Assembly (NCBI GenBank): GCA_963799485.1
Contig: CAWCXJ010000013.1
Location: 320,001-384,000, forward strand
Direction: 5' to 3'
Source: an uncultured Trueperaceae bacterium
Lineage (GTDB): Bacteria; Deinococcota; Deinococci; Deinococcales; Trueperaceae
DNA length: 64,000 nt
A program made the translations under genes and the position numbers. Numbering within the stretch: position 1 is the stretch's first letter; each line of letters starts with the position of its first letter. This document shows positions 51,050 to 59,955 of this stretch, piece after piece. The notes below the pieces were generated by a model that had not been told where the DNA came from, did no database searches, and worked only from the letters and a program-made list of their open reading frames with translations.

Positions 51050-52208
51050 GCTCGAGCCTCCACAAGTCTTCTATACGCTCACGTTCGGTCACGAGGCGCA
51101 CCCGACCCGCTTCCAGCACCGCTTCCGCCGGACGCAGCGACGAGGCGTAGTGTGAACTCATGCTCAACCCGTAAGCGCCCGCTTCGGACACTGCCAAAAA
51201 GTCACCGGGAAGAACTTCAGGGAGCAGCACATCACGCCCCAAACGGTCGGCGTTTTCGCACAGCGGGCCGTCCACGTCTACAGTTTCCAACGGGCTGTCT
51301 TTGCCTAACGCGCGAATCGGGTGACGTGCGCCGTAAAGGGCCGGTCGTAAAAGCTCAGCCATGCCCGCGTCGCAAATCACGTGTTTTACGGGGCCGTTTT
51401 TGACGTGCAAGACTTTCGTCAGCAGCGTGCCGCTGTCCGCGACGAGAAAACGACCGGGCTCGAGTAACAGCCTTTTCGTCCCCGTAAACGGCGTGACCTT
51501 CGCCGTAAACGCCGCCAGCGGAAAATCCGGCACCGCAAAACCGCCGCCCAGGTCGAGCGTCGTGACGTGCGGAAACCGCTCTATCAACCTGCCCAACTGC
51601 CTGAACACCTCGTCATAAGCTGCAATTTCAGAGATTTGCGACCCGATATGGACGTGAAACCCGGCGAGTCTTGCGCCCAGGTGCCCGGCAACGTCAACGG
51701 TTTCGTCAAACGTCATGCCGAACTTCGACGTGGCTGCGCCCGTCGCCAGGTGCTCGTGCGTGCGCGGGTCGAGCGCCGGGTTGAGACGAACGAGAAACTT
51801 CGCTTCAGCCGGGTTCTGTAACCAAGTTTCAGCCTGAGAAACGCTGTCCAAGCTGACCCAGCCGACCTCGGCCTCCCTCGCCGCTTCGATCAAACCTCTG
51901 TCTTGCCGGGGGCCGCCCAGCAAGATACGTCCGGGTTGAATCCCGGCGCGGAGCGCCCTCGCCAGCTCCCCCCGGCTGATGACCTCTGCGCCGAGGCCGA
52001 GCCGGGCGAGATGACGCAGCACCGCGCCGCAAGGATTGGCTTTTACGGCAAAAAATAGGTCGGTGGCAGGGAAGGCTTTTCGCACCCGCATGACCTGATG
52101 GGTGATGATGTCCAGGTCGTAGACGTAAAGTGGCGTCCCGAAGCGGGTGGCAGCGTCGGCGAGCCGGGCGTCGGCAGCAGTTGACGTAGTTGGCATGGCG
52201 CGGGTCAT
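51042..52208 (-). CDS. lysA: Diaminopimelate decarboxylase
   Basis: 'FAVKAN', 'HVHIGSQ', 'DLGGGF', 'EPGR', 'RPALYGA', 'GPLCE', 'GAYG'. Confidence 0.88.
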   Translation of the reverse strand: MTRAMPTTSTAADARLADAATRFGTPLYVYDLDIITHQVMRVRKAFPATDLFFAVKANPCGAVLRHLARLGLGAEVISRGELARALRAGIQPGRILLGGPRQDRGLIEAAREAEVGWVSLDSVSQAETWLQNPAEAKFLVRLNPALDPRTHEHLATGAATSKFGMTFDETVDVAGHLGARLAGFHVHIGSQISEIAAYDEVFRQLGRLIERFPHVTTLDLGGGFAVPDFPLAAFTAKVTPFTGTKRLLLEPGRFLVADSGTLLTKVLHVKNGPVKHVICDAGMAELLRPALYGARHPIRALGKDSPLETVDVDGPLCENADRLGRDVLLPEVLPGDFLAVSEAGAYGLSMSSHYASSLRPAEAVLEAGRVRLVTERERIEDLWRLERE

Positions 52209-52227
52209 GCCACATCGTAAAACGCGC

Positions 52228-52259
52228 GCACGGGTTTGCGCTCGAGCGCAAACCCGTGC
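52228..52259. repeat. Perfect 32-bp palindrome centred on CTCGAG
   Basis: GCACGGGTTTGCGCTC|GAGCGCAAACCCGTGC between divergent lysA and the oxidoreductase gene. Confidence 0.95.
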
Positions 52260-52301
52260 AGACGCGTGAAGAGAACCTCGCCAAGCCGGTAAGCTGGTCT
52301 C

Positions 52302-53642
52302 ATGAATCATAAAATCGTCGTTGTGGGCGGGGTTGCTGCCGGGATGAGCGCCGCCGCTAAAGCCGGGCGTACAAATCCCGAACTGGACATCACTGTTTTT
52401 GAAAAAAGTCATTACATCTCGTATGGTGCGTGTGGTCTCCCCTACGCCATTTCGGGTGTTGTCGAGAACTTAGACGACCTCATCGCCCGGACGCCTGCCG
52501 AGATGGCGAAGCGGGGCGTCGCGGTCGAGGTGCGGCACGAAGTCACGGAAATCGACCCGGACGCGAAAACGGTGACGGTCGAAAAGCTGGAGACCGGTAA
52601 GACTTTTTCCAAACCTTACGACAAGCTCGTCCTGGCAACCGGCGCGGTGCCCGTGCGCCCCGACCTGCCCGGCCTCGAGCTGAAGGGCGTTCACGTTTTA
52701 CGGCTCGTCGAGGACGCGGCGGCGATTCGAGAAACCATCCAGGACGGTGCCAAAGAAGCGGTCATTATCGGCGGGAGTTATATCGGCCTCGAGCTGGCCG
52801 AAGCGCTCGTTACGGCAGGTTTGCGGGTGCGGATACTCGAGCAGCAAGACGTACTTTTAGGCAACTTCGGGCCGTTGCCGTCGAAACTGGCGCTTGAAGA
52901 GGTACAAAAAAACGGCGTTACGGTGCAGCTGGGCGCGAAAGTGACGGGGCTCGAGGGGGACGCGCAGGTGCGGGAGGTCGTCACCGATTCGGCGCGCTTT
53001 CCCGCCGATCTGGTCGTCGTTGCGGTCGGGGCGCGGCCCAACAATGCGTTGGCTAAGGGGTTGGGACTAAAGCTCGGCCCCGCAGACGCTGTTTTGACCG
53101 ACGACCGCCTCCGCACCAGTCGCCCCGACATCTACGCCGCCGGTGACGTGACCGCCGTGCAGCACCTCGTCACGGGTCAACCCACGTGGCTCCCTTTAGG
53201 CGACACCGCCAACAAACAGGGCCGCGTACTAGGCAACCTTTTGGCAGGCCGCGAAGGACGTTTTCGGGGCGTCGTCGGCACGGCGATTACCAAAGTTTTC
53301 GACCGTGCGTTTGCCACTACCGGCCTCACCCTAAAGGCTGCCAAAGAAGCCGGCTTCGACGCCCTCATGAACGACGTCGAGACGACCGATCACGCCGGTT
53401 ACTACCCGGACAAACGGGCCCTCAACGTAACGCTCGTTTGGGAAAGCGGCTCAGGGCGGCTTTTAGGCGGTCAAGTCGTCGGTTACGGCGACGCTGCCAA
53501 ACGCACCGATGTGCTCGCGGCGCTCCTCCATCACAAGGCGACGCTGCAAGACCTCGCCGACCTGGACCTCGCTTACGCGCCGCCCTTTAGCAGCGTCTGG
53601 GATCCTCTGTTGGTCGCCGCCAACGTCGCCCTCGGTCGGTAA
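52302..53642 (+). CDS. CoA-disulfide reductase / NADH oxidase family flavoprotein
   Basis: 'GGVAAG', 'SYGACGLPY' redox Cys, 'GGSYIGLE', 'LAYAPPF'. Confidence 0.92.
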   Translation: MNHKIVVVGGVAAGMSAAAKAGRTNPELDITVFEKSHYISYGACGLPYAISGVVENLDDLIARTPAEMAKRGVAVEVRHEVTEIDPDAKTVTVEKLETGKTFSKPYDKLVLATGAVPVRPDLPGLELKGVHVLRLVEDAAAIRETIQDGAKEAVIIGGSYIGLELAEALVTAGLRVRILEQQDVLLGNFGPLPSKLALEEVQKNGVTVQLGAKVTGLEGDAQVREVVTDSARFPADLVVVAVGARPNNALAKGLGLKLGPADAVLTDDRLRTSRPDIYAAGDVTAVQHLVTGQPTWLPLGDTANKQGRVLGNLLAGREGRFRGVVGTAITKVFDRAFATTGLTLKAAKEAGFDALMNDVETTDHAGYYPDKRALNVTLVWESGSGRLLGGQVVGYGDAAKRTDVLAALLHHKATLQDLADLDLAYAPPFSSVWDPLLVAANVALGR

Positions 53643-53687
53643 TCTCGGTGAGTCGACCTAAACGGTCAAGTGCGGTAGGGTGAAGGG

Positions 53688-54248
53688 GTGAACAGGCAAC
53701 TTAAACGCGCCAACGAAAAGTCCGATAAACGCCGCGAACGTGAGCAGGAGCGGCGTAAAGAACAGCGCCGCGAAACCCGGGTACGCGCCGTGCAAGCCAA
53801 ACGCGCCGCACCGAAAAAAGCCGGAAACAGCGCGCCGCCCGGTAAAAACACACGTCCGGCACCCGGTATGGGCAACGCCCGCTTCGTCCTCGGGTATCTG
53901 ATCTTTACGGTTGTAGTGATCGTCTCCCAGGCGTTTATACCCCAGACGACCGACACCCTCTCGCTCGTTTCTCGAGCCTTTATCTACTTTGCGCTGGGTT
54001 ACGCGCTCGTCGTCTGGCTTTACCGCCGCGGCACCGAGCAGGCGCTCACCATCACCCTTATCGGCGGGATTGGGCTGGCTCTGGGGGTCGAGGGACTTAA
54101 GCTTATCTTGCCCCAGCTGGGTTTTCCGCAGGTGGCGGCAACCGCCGGCACGTCGGCTGCGCCCAACCTGCTGTTTGTCGCGCTGGCGGTACCGGGGTTA
54201 CTACTCGGCACCTTTCTAGGGCGCTACATCTTTCGCCGCACGCTCTAG
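53688..54248 (+). CDS. Hypothetical membrane protein with basic N-terminus
   Basis: K/R-rich N-terminus plus four hydrophobic segments; TAGGGT 6 nt before GTG. Confidence 0.7.
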   Translation: MNRQLKRANEKSDKRREREQERRKEQRRETRVRAVQAKRAAPKKAGNSAPPGKNTRPAPGMGNARFVLGYLIFTVVVIVSQAFIPQTTDTLSLVSRAFIYFALGYALVVWLYRRGTEQALTITLIGGIGLALGVEGLKLILPQLGFPQVAATAGTSAAPNLLFVALAVPGLLLGTFLGRYIFRRTL

Positions 54249-54318
54249 ACAGCTTAAATACCGCGCCACTTCACCTCATCCTCTTTTTCTTGAAGTCGCA
54301 ACTGATCTACCTTAAGGT

Positions 54319-54960
54319 ATGAATACGCCCAGGCTTGTGACCGACACTGCCGCCGCAGACTTTTTGACCTCCCCCAACACGCGCTATTTGCTCGGCCCGT
54401 TTTTACAGGGTGAGGTTACAGTGAGCGAGGCAGCAACGATGCTGGGTGGCATAAAGCTGAGCACATTTTACCGGCGCGTCAAACAGATGTTGGCTTTGGA
54501 ACTGATTGAGGTGGTGCGAACGGAAAGTCGGAGCGGACACCGGGTTAAACTCTACCGCACGGTGCAACCGGAATTTATCGTCCCGCTAGAAGCTACCTCG
54601 AGCGTCAATCTGGGGTCTTACCTAGACGCGCTACTCCAGGGTTCTATAAGCACCGTAAGCCGGGGTATGACAAAAGAGATGCAGACACAGACACCGTATT
54701 GGGGTTTTAGAATATACCCCGCGAGCCGGGGCAGCGCTTGGCAAAAGATTGTTCCACTAGACGCACGTAGTGAGCTACGCCAGCTCGAAAGCGCTAGCGA
54801 ACGCAGCATGTATGGGGACTGCGGTGTGCGTCTCGACCACAACGACGCGCAAGCGTTCAAGCGCGAGCTAAAAGCACTTTATGACAAATATTTATCCCTC
54901 GCAAAAAACGAAGGAGAAGGCGAATGGTATTTCTTGGCATTAGGGTTTACCCCGACGTAG
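54319..54960 (+). CDS. Winged-helix (ArsR-like) domain protein
   Basis: 'LLGPFL..E.TVSEAA..L...LSTFYRRVKQM..LELIEV...KLYR'. Confidence 0.7.
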   Translation: MNTPRLVTDTAAADFLTSPNTRYLLGPFLQGEVTVSEAATMLGGIKLSTFYRRVKQMLALELIEVVRTESRSGHRVKLYRTVQPEFIVPLEATSSVNLGSYLDALLQGSISTVSRGMTKEMQTQTPYWGFRIYPASRGSAWQKIVPLDARSELRQLESASERSMYGDCGVRLDHNDAQAFKRELKALYDKYLSLAKNEGEGEWYFLALGFTPT

Positions 54961-55121
54961 CTCTGTACGTTTAGACATGCCATCCAAACAGGGTTTTGTC
55001 GTCGCTGCTTTAAGAGCTGTATCCCGCGCCACTGTTTACTCACATACTTTGGCAGATAGTCGAATACATCGCAGTGCAAGCCGGGGGGCAGCGCGAACCT
55101 CACCTCAAGGGAGTGTTTTAG

Positions 55122-55961
55122 ATGCCTTTTCTCAAGATCGAAGGACAAGAAACCGTCAGCCTCTACTTTGAAGACTACGGTCAGGGAAAACCGGTCGTGC
55201 TGATTCACGGCTGGCCGCTGAGCCACCGGATGTGGGAGTATCAGGTACCTGCGCTCGTCGGAGCGGGCTACCGCGTGATTTCTTACGACCGGCGCGGCTT
55301 CGGCGATTCGGATAAACCGTGGGACGGTTACGACTACGATACGATGACGGCGGATTTGCAGGCGCTGATGGGCGCGCTCGAGCTTTCCGACGCCACACTC
55401 GTCGGTTTTTCGATGGGCGGCGGCGAAGTCGCGCGCTATTTCGGGCAGTTCGGCAGCGAACGCGTTGCCAAAGCGGTGTTTGTCAGCGCCGTAACACCGT
55501 ATATGCTTAAAACCGACGACAACCCTACGGGAATCGACCAGAGCGTGTTTGATGAGTTCAAGCAAAACGTCAAAACAGACCGGGTGACGTTTTTAGAGGG
55601 TTTTAACAAGCTGTTCGTCAACCACGGTAAAGGGGTCGAACCAAACGGTACGCCCGTAAGCGACGCGGCGCTCGCTTATACCCAAACGATTGCCGCGTTC
55701 GCCTCACCCAAGGCCACTTTGGACTGCATCACCGCGTTCGGCGAAACCGACTTTCGTCAGGACATGACCAAAGTGGACGTTCCGACGTTGTTCGTCCACG
55801 GCGACGCCGACCAGATTGTGCCGCTCGAGGTCAGCGCACAAGAGGCGCATAAACTCGTCGCCGGGAGCCGTTTGGAAATTCTAGAAGGTGCGCCCCACGG
55901 CCTGATGTTTACGCACACCGACAAACTTAATTCGCTGTTGCTCGCGTTTCTGCAAGACTGA
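55122..55961 (+). CDS. Alpha/beta hydrolase (non-heme chloroperoxidase/arylesterase type)
   Basis: 'LIHGWP', 'YDRRGFG', nucleophile 'GFSMGG', 'HGDAD', 'APHG'. Confidence 0.93.
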   Translation: MPFLKIEGQETVSLYFEDYGQGKPVVLIHGWPLSHRMWEYQVPALVGAGYRVISYDRRGFGDSDKPWDGYDYDTMTADLQALMGALELSDATLVGFSMGGGEVARYFGQFGSERVAKAVFVSAVTPYMLKTDDNPTGIDQSVFDEFKQNVKTDRVTFLEGFNKLFVNHGKGVEPNGTPVSDAALAYTQTIAAFASPKATLDCITAFGETDFRQDMTKVDVPTLFVHGDADQIVPLEVSAQEAHKLVAGSRLEILEGAPHGLMFTHTDKLNSLLLAFLQD

Positions 55962-55981
55962 ACCTGCATGAAACAACCCTT

Positions 55982-56008
55982 AAACGCTCGGCTAAACCCC
56001 GGGCGTTT
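55982..56008. terminator. Stem-loop between convergent genes
   Basis: AAACGCTCGG-CTAAACC-CCGGGCGTTT (10 bp including one G-U). Confidence 0.5.
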
Positions 56009-56018
56009 TAAGTTCGGG

Positions 56019-56768
56019 TTAGCCCCTTGCCCGCAATAAACGGTCTACCCGCGCCAGCTGTGCTTGGTCGTTGACACCCAGAATTTCGGTTTCATCTTTA
56101 CCCAAAACTGTTTGCACCGGATAGTGAGCGTTTAGGTAGAGGCCAACAAGGTCGGTAATATAGTACTCACCTGCCGCGTTGTCGTCTCTAAGTTCAGCCG
56201 CCAACGCAAACACATGGCGGTCAAAAACGTATAGGGCGGGATTGATTTCATGGATCGATTTTTCTGCCGGCGTCAAATCCTTCTCTTCAACGATGCGCGC
56301 AACGCTGCCGTCTTCACTGCGAACGATACGCCCCATGCCGTAAGGGTTTCTCATCGTGCAGGTCAAAAGCGTCATGCCGGCCTTTTGAGCAGCCTGAACT
56401 TGGACGAGCGCCCGGAGCGTTTCGGTATGAACCAGGGGAACGTCCCCGCTCAAAACCATGATGTTGCCCTCGAAACCGGCAAAGGCAGCTTCAGCCTGCC
56501 TAAGTGCCGCGCCGGTGCCGTAACCGAGGGAGAAGTCTTGCCGCACAAACTCTACCGGGCGGTCTTTAACCGAGTAATCCTCAAAACGTGCTTCGACCGC
56601 TTCGGCAGCGTGTCCGACGACGACGACGGTGCGTTCGGGCTCGAGCGGTGCAAGCGCGTTTAGAACATGCGCCAAGAGCGGTTGGCCCGCCGCTTCGTGC
56701 AGCGCTTTAGGCAGCGGGGACTGCATCCGCGTCCCCTGCCCCGCCGCCAGGATTACCGCCCCCAGCAC
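56019..56768 (-). CDS. GlmU-like nucleotidyltransferase, N-terminal domain only
   Basis: 'ILAAGQGTRM.S.LPK', 'GTG.A', 'SGDVPL', 'GRIVR', 'IVEEKD', 'EYYITD', 'GVND'; stops before the hexapeptide domain. Confidence 0.88.
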   Translation of the reverse strand: MLGAVILAAGQGTRMQSPLPKALHEAAGQPLLAHVLNALAPLEPERTVVVVGHAAEAVEARFEDYSVKDRPVEFVRQDFSLGYGTGAALRQAEAAFAGFEGNIMVLSGDVPLVHTETLRALVQVQAAQKAGMTLLTCTMRNPYGMGRIVRSEDGSVARIVEEKDLTPAEKSIHEINPALYVFDRHVFALAAELRDDNAAGEYYITDLVGLYLNAHYPVQTVLGKDETEILGVNDQAQLARVDRLLRARG

Positions 56769-57688
56769 TAGCGCCCCCGCGCCTTCCGGGTCAGCGAGTT
56801 ACGCTTTACGGGTTGATCGGGGTTTAGCGTCAGCAGAAAGTAAAGCGCGATTAGCACCAGCGGGATACTGACAAGCTGCGTCAGGGTAAAAAGCCCGATT
56901 CCGGGCGCGTTGATCCCTTCACGCAAATACACCTCCCAGAAGAGCGGGTTATTGCGAAACGTCTCTTCGAATACCGAACGCAAAACCGAATACCACAAAA
57001 CAAACTGCCACCAGACAAACCCCGGGGCGCGGCTCCGCCGAAACGCCCACAACAAGATAAAAATCAGTGCAATCCCGATGAGTACGCCGTAGCCCTGGGT
57101 CAGGTGAACCGGGCCGTAAGCGACCTGACCGTTGACAACGACCTCCGGCGAGTTCGCCCAGAGGTCGTCCCCGAAGATAAACCGTCCAACCGCGCCAAAC
57201 GTCTGTGTCCCCGGCTCCGGCCAGGTAAACCCGACGGGCCACCCCGTCACGCGCCCGGTCGTATCCGTACCGTTCATAAAGTTGCCCATCCGACCGCCGA
57301 TGACCCCGAGCGCCCCGACCGGCGTCAACACGTCCAGGTACGCCCACATGTTGAGCCCGTGAAGCCGCGAGTAAAGCCAGACCGCCACGAAAATACCCAA
57401 CACGCCGCCGTGGATGCTGCCGCCGCCCTGCCAGATGGCCACTGCGCTCCACGGGTTCCCACCGGGGCCGAAGTACGCTGCCGGGCTCGTCAGGACGTAG
57501 ACGAGGCGTGCCCCGATAAGTCCGGCAAGCACCAGCCAGAGCGTCATATCGAGCAGCTTGTCGGGGTCTAAACCGCGTTTTTTGGCTTCATAAAGCGTCC
57601 AGTTCGAACCGATCAGCACGCCGAGTGCGATTAAAAAGCCGTACCAGCGCAGCGCCAGCGGCCCGAGTTGCAACATGATAGGGTCCAT
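56768..57688 (-). CDS. lgt: Prolipoprotein diacylglyceryl transferase
   Basis: 'RWYG', 'GARLVYV', 'GGGSIHGG', 'GRMGNFMNG', 'HLTQ.Y'. Confidence 0.95.
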   Translation of the reverse strand: MDPIMLQLGPLALRWYGFLIALGVLIGSNWTLYEAKKRGLDPDKLLDMTLWLVLAGLIGARLVYVLTSPAAYFGPGGNPWSAVAIWQGGGSIHGGVLGIFVAVWLYSRLHGLNMWAYLDVLTPVGALGVIGGRMGNFMNGTDTTGRVTGWPVGFTWPEPGTQTFGAVGRFIFGDDLWANSPEVVVNGQVAYGPVHLTQGYGVLIGIALIFILLWAFRRSRAPGFVWWQFVLWYSVLRSVFEETFRNNPLFWEVYLREGINAPGIGLFTLTQLVSIPLVLIALYFLLTLNPDQPVKRNSLTRKARGR

Positions 57689-57763
57689 ACCTAACCTCTT
57701 TCAGACGGCGCACCGTTTTATATGGGTCAGCGCCAAAACAAACGATGCCCTCTAGTATAAACG

Positions 57764-58261
57764 CTAAAAAAACTTTGGGTACACCACAAACGCGATGCCG
57801 ACCAAAATCACGACCTTGGCGACGATACCTCCGAGCGTCCCGACGAACGCGCCGATCCCGGCCCGAAACGCCTCGGCGACGGGCCGCCCGACAAAGAGTT
57901 CGGCGACGACCGCGCCCACGAGCGCGCCCACGATAAACCCCAAGGGAGGGAAGAAAATCCCGACGATAGAGCCGATGATGCTGCCCCAGAGACCCGCGCG
58001 GCTCGAGCCGAACTGCCTGGCCCCGGCAGCCGCAGCCAGGTAATCGAGCAACCATGCGAGCGCGGCAAGCCCGGCGACAGTGAGCACCGTCGTCAGGGTC
58101 AGGGCGCTAAAGCCCGTGATCCACGCAGCCAACAGCGCGCCGACAGCGACGACCGGTACCCCCGGCAGCGCGGGTAGTACGACGCTCAAAACACCTACCA
58201 GATAAAACAGGGTAAAAACTACCCCGGCTAGAATCAGCATGGTCGTAGAGGCGTCGGTCAT
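57764..58261 (-). CDS. DUF456 (YqgC-like) membrane protein
   Basis: 'VLPALPG.P', 'DYLA...GARQFGSSRAG.WG..IG', 'AEL'; TATGAT 6 nt before ATG. Confidence 0.85.
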   Translation of the reverse strand: MTDASTTMLILAGVVFTLFYLVGVLSVVLPALPGVPVVAVGALLAAWITGFSALTLTTVLTVAGLAALAWLLDYLAAAAGARQFGSSRAGLWGSIIGSIVGIFFPPLGFIVGALVGAVVAELFVGRPVAEAFRAGIGAFVGTLGGIVAKVVILVGIAFVVYPKFF

Positions 58262-58416
58262 GGGGGTATCATACGGGTACCTCACGTCTGAAAAGCTTTG
58301 CCGAAGGGTACGCTTGCAAGCAAAGGGTACGCCCACAAGCTAGGCGTAACCGGCTCGAGCGTCGGCGAAGCCCGTAAAAAACCCGGAGAAGCCCTCACCG
58401 GGTGTTAACATCGGTT

Positions 58417-59931
58417 GTGCGGCTCCGCGACTTCATCATTTTAAGCCTGCTGTTCATGCTGTCGGCTTGTGCAGTGCCCGAAACACCGGGGCCGAACGTC
58501 GTTTTGATCATGACCGACGACCAACCCGCCGAGCTTACCGCTGTGATGCCCAACGTTCAGCGCCTCCTGGCAGGCGAAGGCGTTACCTTTAGCAGCGCTT
58601 TTGTTACCACCAGCCTCTGCTGCCCGGCCCGCACGACCGTGCTGCGCGGGCAGTATGCTCACAATCACACCGTTTTATCCAACGGCGGCCCGCGAGGCGG
58701 ATTTCCGAGGTTCTACGAGACAGGCTTCGAGGCTTCGACCTTGGCAACCTGGTTGCAAGGTGCGGGCTACCACACCGCCCTGATGGGCAAATATCTCAAC
58801 GCTTATCCCTTTGGGCCGCCGGCGGATAATCCAGCCGCTTACCGGGCACCGTGGCGCGGCTACATCCCACCCGGTTGGAACACGTGGTTCGGGTTTTTCG
58901 ATGTGCCCCGAGACCCCGACAATACCCCCTACGCGATGTACGACTACCGGGTCAACTACAACGGTCGCTCAGCCCGGTACGGGAGCCGCGCCGACGACTA
59001 CCAGACCGATGTGCTCGCCAAAGAGGCTACCAATTTCATTTTGCGGGAACGGCGCAGCGACGCGCCTTTTTTTCTCTTTTTGGCTCCTACTGCGCCGCAC
59101 CTGCCCACTGTGGTTGCCGAGCGGTACAAGGATAGGTTCATCGGGCTAAAGGCCCCGCGTTCACCTGCCTTTAACGAGCGGGACGTCTCGGATAAACCAC
59201 GCTGGGTACGGCGGATGCCGCCGCTGACAAGCGCCGAAATCGCCGAGGTCGACGATATTTACCGTAAACAAGCCGAGATGCTGTTAGCCGTCGACGAGCT
59301 GGTTGGTACGCTGATCGAAACGCTTAAGAAGACGGGCGAGTTGCAAAACACCTACATCGTGTTTACTTCCGACCAGGGGTTTCACGCGGGTGAACACCGC
59401 CTGACGAAGATGAAACTGTCACCCTACGCGGCCTCGAGCCAAATCCCGCTGATCATCCGGGGGCCGGGAATCCCCCGTCAAACCCGCGACCAGCTCGTTC
59501 TCAACACCGACCTCGCGCCGACGATTGCCGAGCTTGCAGGGGCGCAGGTTCCGGCGTTCGTCGATGGACGTTCACTAAGGCCGCTGTGGGAGAACCCACA
59601 AACCCCCTGGCGGCAAACCGTGCTGCTCGAGTTCTGGCCCCGGCGCGGTGCGGAGGCCTACGGTTTGGAGCACCTCAACCCTTCTGCCGAAGTCCCCGAG
59701 TACCGCGCGGTGCGGAGTAAGCGGTATCTTTTTGTCGAGTACAGCTATCAAGACGGCACTCAGGAAGGCGAACTTTACGACCTGAAAAACGACCCTTTTG
59801 AACTCGAGAACCTCTATAGCCGCACCGATCCGGGGTTGCTCGCGGCGTTTTCCGCCCACGCCAAAAGGTTGCAGGCGTGTGCAGCACGGACGTGCCGGGA
59901 AGCCGAGGACGCTTTACCGGAAGGTCTATAA
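58417..59931 (+). CDS. Lipoprotein sulfatase (N-acetylglucosamine-6-sulfatase-like, Cys-type)
   Basis: Lipobox 'LSAC'; 'PNVVLIMTDD', CxPxR 'CCPAR', 'GKYLN', 'APH', 'SDQG', 'ELYDL..DP.E..N'. Confidence 0.92.
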   Translation: MRLRDFIILSLLFMLSACAVPETPGPNVVLIMTDDQPAELTAVMPNVQRLLAGEGVTFSSAFVTTSLCCPARTTVLRGQYAHNHTVLSNGGPRGGFPRFYETGFEASTLATWLQGAGYHTALMGKYLNAYPFGPPADNPAAYRAPWRGYIPPGWNTWFGFFDVPRDPDNTPYAMYDYRVNYNGRSARYGSRADDYQTDVLAKEATNFILRERRSDAPFFLFLAPTAPHLPTVVAERYKDRFIGLKAPRSPAFNERDVSDKPRWVRRMPPLTSAEIAEVDDIYRKQAEMLLAVDELVGTLIETLKKTGELQNTYIVFTSDQGFHAGEHRLTKMKLSPYAASSQIPLIIRGPGIPRQTRDQLVLNTDLAPTIAELAGAQVPAFVDGRSLRPLWENPQTPWRQTVLLEFWPRRGAEAYGLEHLNPSAEVPEYRAVRSKRYLFVEYSYQDGTQEGELYDLKNDPFELENLYSRTDPGLLAAFSAHAKRLQACAARTCREAEDALPEGL

Positions 59932-59955
59932 GGCGCGGCGCGCAGAGTCAACTCC

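Noticed and set aside
55122..55961. Non-heme 'chloroperoxidase' as a partner of the vanadium haloperoxidase-like fusion
   Set aside because: About 15 kb away, outside the regulon, and a common esterase/perhydrolase family.
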